Assembly (NCBI GenBank): GCA_022822265.1
Contig: JAJECA010000061.1
Span: 3,711 to 67,710, forward strand
Source: Acidimicrobiia bacterium
GTDB taxonomy: Bacteria > Actinomycetota > Acidimicrobiia > Acidimicrobiales > Bin134
Direction of reading: 5' to 3'
Length of the DNA: 64,000 bases
Part shown: piece by piece, positions 58,520 to 64,000 of the stretch
Layout of the letters: each line of letters opens with the position of its first letter
How positions within the stretch are numbered: position 1 is the first letter of the stretch
The notes under the pieces: generated by a model
Told to the model about the DNA's origin: nothing
Seen by the model: the letters and a program-made list of their open reading frames with translations, nothing else
Database searches by the model: none
Made by a program: the position numbers and the translations under genes

Positions 58520-59574
58520 CCCAGCACTCCCAGCAGCTCTTCGAGATTCTGGGCGCCGGGCGTCCTCGCCCCGGATTCGATCTCAACAACCATCCTGTAC
58601 ACCGCGTCGTTGGCTGGAGTGGGGATGCCCAAGCGCATCCCCTCTTGGCTGACGAATCCGCTGAAGGAGTCGATCTCGGTCTTGCGGCCTCGCTCGATGT
58701 CGGTGGGCAGCGAACCCTTGACCTCACCCACTTCGGCCGCGGTGGCCTCCCAATCGGCGGCCAGCTCGGCGGCACCTGGCCCGCCCGCGCCCCCGATCAG
58801 GATGCGCTGGGCATCTATACCGCTCACCGGCTCAATGGTGTGGCCTGAAGCCTGGCCGACCGCCACTGCTTCGGACCCGCAGGCCAGGCTCACCCGCCGG
58901 GGACCGGGTTGCTCCCGGCAATCCCGAGCCCTGCCCCCAAGCACGGCGTTCACCGGGTTGCTCATGCAGTTCATCACCAGCTTCGACCAGATGGCCCCCC
59001 AGATGTTGTCGCTCATCGCAATGTCGATGCCCGGCCCCAGCGCCGACGACACCTGATCCAGTCGATCGGTGCGAGTTCCGTCGAGCTCGCCCATCTGAAG
59101 GGTGGGAGGCTGGTGAATTCTCACCTGACCCGGCTCGACCGTCTCGGCGGGAAACAGCACCACTGCGCCGATCACCCGCTCCGGCCCCAACAGCTCGGCC
59201 AGCAATGGCTCGTTGACCCCATTCTGGGCCGAGACCACCGTGGCGGCATCGGCGAGCCGAGGCACCAACAGAGGGGCCAACCATCGGTTGTCGAATGCCT
59301 TGGCCGCGATGACCAGAAGGTCGATGGGCGCCAGCCGGCGCCACTCATCAATATGCCATGCAGTCAACTGAACCGTTCGCTCCCCGGCTGGGCTCGGCCC
59401 TACTAAACGCAGGCCGTCGGCCCGGATGGCATCCACGTGGTCAGCCCAAGCGTCGATCACGCTGACCTCTCCGCCATTGAGGGCCACCTCGCCTGCGATG
59501 GTGCCGCCGATTCCTCCGGCGCCGGCTATCACAACATGCATCGACGCCATGCTATTGGCCCGCCCGGGAGCCAT
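58516..59574 (-). CDS. Ketopantoate reductase (ApbA/PanE)-family oxidoreductase
   Basis: N-terminal VIAGAGGIGG Rossmann motif. The length and C-terminal helical domain are typical of the family. Start is among the ATGs at 59541-59574. Confidence 0.75.
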   Translation of the reverse strand: MAPGRANSMASMHVVIAGAGGIGGTIAGEVALNGGEVSVIDAWADHVDAIRADGLRLVGPSPAGERTVQLTAWHIDEWRRLAPIDLLVIAAKAFDNRWLAPLLVPRLADAATVVSAQNGVNEPLLAELLGPERVIGAVVLFPAETVEPGQVRIHQPPTLQMGELDGTRTDRLDQVSSALGPGIDIAMSDNIWGAIWSKLVMNCMSNPVNAVLGGRARDCREQPGPRRVSLACGSEAVAVGQASGHTIEPVSGIDAQRILIGGAGGPGAAELAADWEATAAEVGEVKGSLPTDIERGRKTEIDSFSGFVSQEGMRLGIPTPANDAVYRMVVEIESGARTPGAQNLEELLGVLG

Positions 59575-59603
59575 AACCCGGCTGGCCGTGCTACGAATTC
59601 CCC

Positions 59604-59945
59604 ATGGCCCTCACCCGATATCGCGACGTGGAGTGGTTCCAGCCCGGCGAGAATCCCAACCCCGACGACACCGATTTGCAGAAAGCGTGGCTGCACCGGG
59701 GGTCGTTCTTCGCCCATGCCATCCGGCTGGCCCCCGGCTACGTGATTCCGCCCCACAGCCACGATCGGGACGAGTTGATGGTGGTGCTGGCCGGCAGCGC
59801 CACCCTAGACAGCGGCGTGGTGGTGGAGCCGCCCGATACCCTGCTGCTGGCCGCCAACGTCGAGTACGGCTTCACCGCGGGGCCCGACGGCATGGAGTTC
59901 ATGGTGGTCCGCACCGGCCAGGCCGGCCTTACCATTTCCGGCTGA
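59604..59945 (+). CDS. Cupin-domain protein
   Basis: YVIPPHSHDRDELMVVLAG cupin motif 1. 113 aa. Confidence 0.7.
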   Translation: MALTRYRDVEWFQPGENPNPDDTDLQKAWLHRGSFFAHAIRLAPGYVIPPHSHDRDELMVVLAGSATLDSGVVVEPPDTLLLAANVEYGFTAGPDGMEFMVVRTGQAGLTISG

Positions 59946-61934
59946 ATGAGCGCACCGGCCAAAGACCTCACTCCGCTGGTGCGGCCCCGGTCCATTGCGC
60001 TGGTGGGGGCCACCCCGCTGGAAAGCAACAAGCTGGGATCCTGGGCGCTGAGCAACCTGCTCAAACACGACGTGCCCGCCGAGCTGTACCTGGTCAACCC
60101 CCGCTACGACACGTTGGAAGGGCGGCCCTGCTATCCCGACCTGGAGTCGCTGCCCGAACCCCCGGAATTGGTGATGGTGCTGGTGCCCGCGGCCGCCGCC
60201 ATCGACGTGCTGCGCCAGGCCGAGGCGCTGGGCAGCCGGGCGGCCATCTTGTTCAGCAGCGGGTTCGGCGAGGGAGACCGGGCCGGATCGCCGCTCGACC
60301 TGGAGCTGACGGCATTCTTGAACGACACGCCGATGGCGGTGTGCGGACCCAACACCAATGGCGTCATCAACTGCATCGACCGGATACCGGCCGGGTTCCC
60401 CCCTTATGCCATGGCCGACGAACTGCCCGCTGGGAATCTCGGCGTGGTGTCGCAGAGCGGCGCCCTGGTGTCGTCGCTGGTCCAGCACTTGCTGGGCAAC
60501 GGACTCGGCCTCACCATGGGGTTCGCGGTGGGCAACGGCATCGATCTCACGGTGGGCGACTTCGTGAGGTTCTTGGCCACCGACGATCGCACCGAGCAGA
60601 TCGTGGTGTATACCGAGGGGCTGCACGATGCCGACCGGTTTTTCGCGGCGGCTGATGAGGCCCGCGCCGCGGGCAAGCCCGTACACGTGATGAAGGCGGG
60701 CCGCTCTCCTGAGGGCGCCGACGCGGCCCGCACCCATATCGGCGCTTTGGTGGGCGACTACGACGCCTTCGCGGCCCGCTGCCGCCGACACGGCATCCTC
60801 ATGGCCCACGATTTGGCCGAGTTGGCCGCACTCCCGCTGGCCCGGGGACGCTGGGGGCAGCGCATTGGGGTGCTGTCGTCATCGGGGGCGATGGCGGGAA
60901 TCCTGGCCGATTCCGCCCGCGAGAACGGCTTCGAGGTTCCCCCTCTGGGACCGGCAACCCACTCCGCATTGGCCGAGTGCATGACGCTGGGCGAGCCCCG
61001 CAATCCCCTGGACCTGACCGGCCAGTCGGTGGTGGACCACGATCTGCTGCCCGCCGCCCTCGATGCCATGGGCGCCGACCCCGGCTTGGACGTGCTGGTG
61101 CATGGGATGCTGATCGGACCCGAGGCCATCATCGACAAGCAGATGGACTCCCTGGTGGCCCAGGCCCAACGGGGAACTCCGGTGGCAGTCTTCAGCGCGC
61201 CGGGATGGAATCCGGTGGACTACCCCAAGCTGGCCGAGGCCGGAATCCCGGTATTCAACTCCCCTGACCGACTGTTCCGCTGCTTGGCGGCCTGGGAAAA
61301 CCGGCAGGAATCTCAATCGCCGGGCGAGGAGCCGCAGTCTTGGCCAGAAGAGACGCTGGAAGACCTGCTGGCCGACATATCGGCCCCGACCTGCGCCCCC
61401 GCCGACTACGCCGAAGACCGCCCCGCGGCGGTCAAGCTGGTGGGCGATGCCCTCGACCACAAGACCGAGCTCGGACTGGTGGAGCTCGACGTGGCGCCCG
61501 GCGACATCGAGGACGCTGCTGAGCGGCTGGAAGCCCGCCGCCGGGAGCTGGGTCTGTCGGACGCCGTGGTGGTGGCCCAGCCCATGGCCGATCCCGGCGT
61601 CGAGCTGATCGTCGGCACCAGGCTGGACCCCGAGGCGGGTCCCTGCGTGGTGGTCGGCCTCGGGGGGGTGCTGGCCGAGCTCGTCGACGACGTGGCCATC
61701 GCCCCCGCCCCACTGAGCACCGCCGAGGCTCACGCCCTCATGGACGCCACCCGGGCCGGAGCACTGCTGGACGGCTACCGGGGCAAGCCAAGCAGTGATC
61801 GAGAAGCCGCCGCCGAGGTGCTGGTGCGACTGGGGAACATCGCCGCCCGCCATCACACCGAGGCCGAGATCAACCCGCTAATCGTGCATACTTCAGGGGT
61901 CACCGCCGTCGACGTGCTTCTCGGCGGCCACTGA
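59946..61934 (+). CDS. ADP-forming acetyl-CoA synthetase-family protein (CoA-binding + succinyl-CoA-synthetase-like + ATP-grasp)
   Basis: RSIALVGAT CoA-binding N-terminus, central ligase-CoA domain, and a C-terminal ATP-grasp-like region. 662 aa. Confidence 0.8.
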   Translation: MSAPAKDLTPLVRPRSIALVGATPLESNKLGSWALSNLLKHDVPAELYLVNPRYDTLEGRPCYPDLESLPEPPELVMVLVPAAAAIDVLRQAEALGSRAAILFSSGFGEGDRAGSPLDLELTAFLNDTPMAVCGPNTNGVINCIDRIPAGFPPYAMADELPAGNLGVVSQSGALVSSLVQHLLGNGLGLTMGFAVGNGIDLTVGDFVRFLATDDRTEQIVVYTEGLHDADRFFAAADEARAAGKPVHVMKAGRSPEGADAARTHIGALVGDYDAFAARCRRHGILMAHDLAELAALPLARGRWGQRIGVLSSSGAMAGILADSARENGFEVPPLGPATHSALAECMTLGEPRNPLDLTGQSVVDHDLLPAALDAMGADPGLDVLVHGMLIGPEAIIDKQMDSLVAQAQRGTPVAVFSAPGWNPVDYPKLAEAGIPVFNSPDRLFRCLAAWENRQESQSPGEEPQSWPEETLEDLLADISAPTCAPADYAEDRPAAVKLVGDALDHKTELGLVELDVAPGDIEDAAERLEARRRELGLSDAVVVAQPMADPGVELIVGTRLDPEAGPCVVVGLGGVLAELVDDVAIAPAPLSTAEAHALMDATRAGALLDGYRGKPSSDREAAAEVLVRLGNIAARHHTEAEINPLIVHTSGVTAVDVLLGGH

Positions 61935-61958
61935 GCATCGCCGGCACTGGGAGGCGCT

Positions 61959-63110
61959 ATGGAGTTCACCCCCGAACAGGAGATGCTGCGGGAATCGGTG
62001 CGAGGCTTCGCGGCCAAAGAGATGCCCGACGGGTTCGCCCGGGAGTGGGACATCAAGGGAGAGCCACCGCTGGAGACCTACCAGCGGTTTGCCGATGCCG
62101 GGTTCATGGGGGTGGGCATCCCCGAGCAGTACGGGGGGCAGGGCGGGGGAATCGTGGAGGTGGCCATCGTGCTGCACGAGTTGAGCAGGGCCATGATGTC
62201 GTTCGCCATCATGGTCTACCGCTCCGCCATCCACGCCTCAGGCGGATTGCAGATCTACGGCACCGAGGAGCAGCGGGAGCGATTCCTCCCCGGCATCGCC
62301 ACCGGCCAGCACAGGTTCTGCTTCTCGCTCAGCGAGCCCGACGCCGGATCCGATGCCTTCAACCTCAAATGCCGGGCGGAGCGCGACGGCGACGAGTACG
62401 TGGTGAACGGCACCAAGATGTGGAACTCCTTCGCCCGCCACGCCGACTACGTGCTGCTGGCCACCCGCACTTCGGACGAGCCCAAGAAGCAGGACGGCAT
62501 CACGTTCTTCGTGGTGGACCTGTCCAGCCCCGGCATCGAGATCACCCCCATCGAGACCATCGGCGAGCGGGCCAGCGGGACCAACATGGTGGCCTACACC
62601 GACGTACGGGTGCCGGCGGCCAACATCTTGGGCGCCGAGGGCAAAGGGCACCGCAATCTCCAGGCCAACCTGGAGCGGGAGCGGTTCTCCTCGCTACCCA
62701 TCAACCTGGGGCCGATGGAGGCCGTCTTGGAGGAGGCCATCGAATACGCCAACACCCGGGAGCAGTTCGGCCAGGCCATCGGCCGCTTCCAGGCCATCCA
62801 GCACATGCTGGCCGACGTCGCCGTCGACGTGAACATCGCCCGCACTCTTACCTGGGATTTGGCCCGTCGCATCGCCGCGGGCGAGCAGTGTGCTCTGGAG
62901 GTGTCGATGGCCAAGCTCTGGATCAGCGAGGCCATGATGCGGGCCAGCTACACCGGGATGCAGGTGATGGGCGGCTACGGCTACACCCTCGACTCCAACA
63001 TGCAGCTCCACTGGCGAAACGCCCGCTTGGGCACCATCGGCGCCGGCTCCAGCGAGATCCAGCGCAACATCATCGCCCGCCAAATCGGCCTCGGCCGCAA
63101 GCCCTCTTGA
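61959..63110 (+). CDS. Acyl-CoA dehydrogenase
   Basis: 383 aa with the typical ACAD layout (..FCFSLSEPDAGSD.., ..QFGQAIGRFQAIQHMLADV.., C-terminal GSSEIQRNIIAR). Confidence 0.95.
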   Translation: MEFTPEQEMLRESVRGFAAKEMPDGFAREWDIKGEPPLETYQRFADAGFMGVGIPEQYGGQGGGIVEVAIVLHELSRAMMSFAIMVYRSAIHASGGLQIYGTEEQRERFLPGIATGQHRFCFSLSEPDAGSDAFNLKCRAERDGDEYVVNGTKMWNSFARHADYVLLATRTSDEPKKQDGITFFVVDLSSPGIEITPIETIGERASGTNMVAYTDVRVPAANILGAEGKGHRNLQANLERERFSSLPINLGPMEAVLEEAIEYANTREQFGQAIGRFQAIQHMLADVAVDVNIARTLTWDLARRIAAGEQCALEVSMAKLWISEAMMRASYTGMQVMGGYGYTLDSNMQLHWRNARLGTIGAGSSEIQRNIIARQIGLGRKPS

Positions 63111-63190
63111 CCTGGGTCACCCGACCGGCCTCGGACTCCGGCTGCCGCGAATGGGGTCGGTAGTGTCGCAGCAGTGAGGAAGCCCAGGAC

Positions 63191-64000
63191 ATGGGATCCA
63201 GGGCATGGAAGCGGTGTGAAGCAGTGAGCGAACCCTCGAAGCTGGCGGAGTTGGCCGGGCGGGAACCAGACGAACTGGCGCTGGAAGACGACTCACACCA
63301 AGTGACATGGGCTGAGCTGGACCGCCGTACCCATGCCATCGGACGGGGGTTGCTGGCCGCGGGAGCCTCGCCGGGGGATCACGTGGGGCTGGTGTGCTCC
63401 AACCGCACCGAGTTCGTGGAGATCATGCTGGCCTGCTTTCGGTCCGGGTTGAAGATGACCCCGATCAAGACCAACTGGACGGCTACCGAGATTGCCTACG
63501 TGCTGGACGACGCCGGCTCAGCCCTAGTGGCAACCGACTTGCCGGCAGCCCGCGACGCCGCCGGCCAGCGGCCCGTGGTGTGGATCGACAACGACTTCGA
63601 CGCCTGGGTCAACGCCCAAGACCCGGCGCCCCTGCCAGCCGGGGGCACTGGGTACCGCATTCCCTACACCTCGGGCACCACCGGTCGGCCCAAGGGGGTG
63701 GAGCGCACCCTGGACTCGGAGTCCACCTTCGAGCAATGGTGGGAAATCTCTTCGCTGGGCGCTCAGGGGCTGGGGCTACCCCGCGACGGGAAGCACCTCA
63801 TGGTGGCCCAGCTCTTCCACGGTGCTCCCCTGGCCTTTGCCCTGGGAGCGCTGGCCAACGGCGCCCCAATGCGGATCATGGGACGGTGGGACGCGGAGCG
63901 AGCGGTGGACGTGATCAACGACGGTGTTACCGCCACGATCATGGTCCCCACCATGTTCCGCCAGCTTCTGGCCCTGTCCGATGAACGCAAAGCCGAGTTG
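63191..64000 (+). CDS. AMP-dependent acyl-CoA synthetase/ligase (partial; continues beyond the right edge)
   Basis: Own translation (absent from the ORF track, no stop in the window): ..VTWAELDRRTHAIGRGL.. and the AMP-binding motif YTSGTTGRPKGV. ATG 63191 has GAGGA 10 nt upstream. An alternative start is the GTG at 63224. Confidence 0.85.
   Translation, partial: MGSRAWKRCEAVSEPSKLAELAGREPDELALEDDSHQVTWAELDRRTHAIGRGLLAAGASPGDHVGLVCSNRTEFVEIMLACFRSGLKMTPIKTNWTATEIAYVLDDAGSALVATDLPAARDAAGQRPVVWIDNDFDAWVNAQDPAPLPAGGTGYRIPYTSGTTGRPKGVERTLDSESTFEQWWEISSLGAQGLGLPRDGKHLMVAQLFHGAPLAFALGALANGAPMRIMGRWDAERAVDVINDGVTATIMVPTMFRQLLALSDERKAEL

Overview
This is a high-G+C chromosome segment of actinobacterial type. 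Hand counts on sampled 60-nt lines give about 70-75% G+C in core genes. Gene order matches Mycobacterium-type synteny: mec-cysM...rph-rdgB, comF-hpf-secA, and ahcY...manA. A homolog of the mycothiol-type formaldehyde dehydrogenase is also present.

Core content, in order:
- A LacI-controlled sugar-acid catabolic locus (1-5601).
- Lipoate and 2-oxo-acid dehydrogenase genes: an in-frame lipB-lipA fusion, E2, lpdA and aceE.
- rnhA, rpe, a solitary clpP and tRNA-Leu(UAG).
- rdgB-rph, mec-cysM (no cysO), thpR and pcm.
- ftsX/ftsE-prfB-secA-hpf-comF.
- mtnA-ahcY-SIS isomerase-trm112-manA.
- ftsH.
- An acyl-CoA metabolism cluster (57.7-64 kb).

Two low-G+C accessory islands interrupt the core (sampled lines about 45-55% G+C).
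- Island 1 (about 16.7-22.6 kb) is a decayed rearrangement hotspot. It holds a frameshifted, truncated IS481 transposase fused in frame to a duplicated 3' fragment of the neighbouring Rieske oxygenase gene. It also holds a DUF222/HNH gene plus a deleted remnant copy, hicAB, an orphan RHH antitoxin and three unassignable genes.
- Island 2 (about 29.0-35.3 kb) abuts the 3' end of tRNA-Leu and has no integrase. It carries two GIY-YIG proteins, a 6TM voltage-gated-type K+ channel, a secreted DUF1524/Excalibur nuclease, a PIN-like gene and several orphans.

Best candidates for undescribed systems:
- The tightly coupled 68-aa + 221-aa gene pair with a palindrome over its putative promoter (18911-19849).
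- The small-protein / membrane-anchored protein / GIY-YIG nuclease operon (30045-31182).

Also notable are the lipB-lipA fusion, a Cys-rich orphan in the sugar-acid locus, and mec-cysM lacking cysO. No CRISPR array, rRNA gene or intact integrase was seen.
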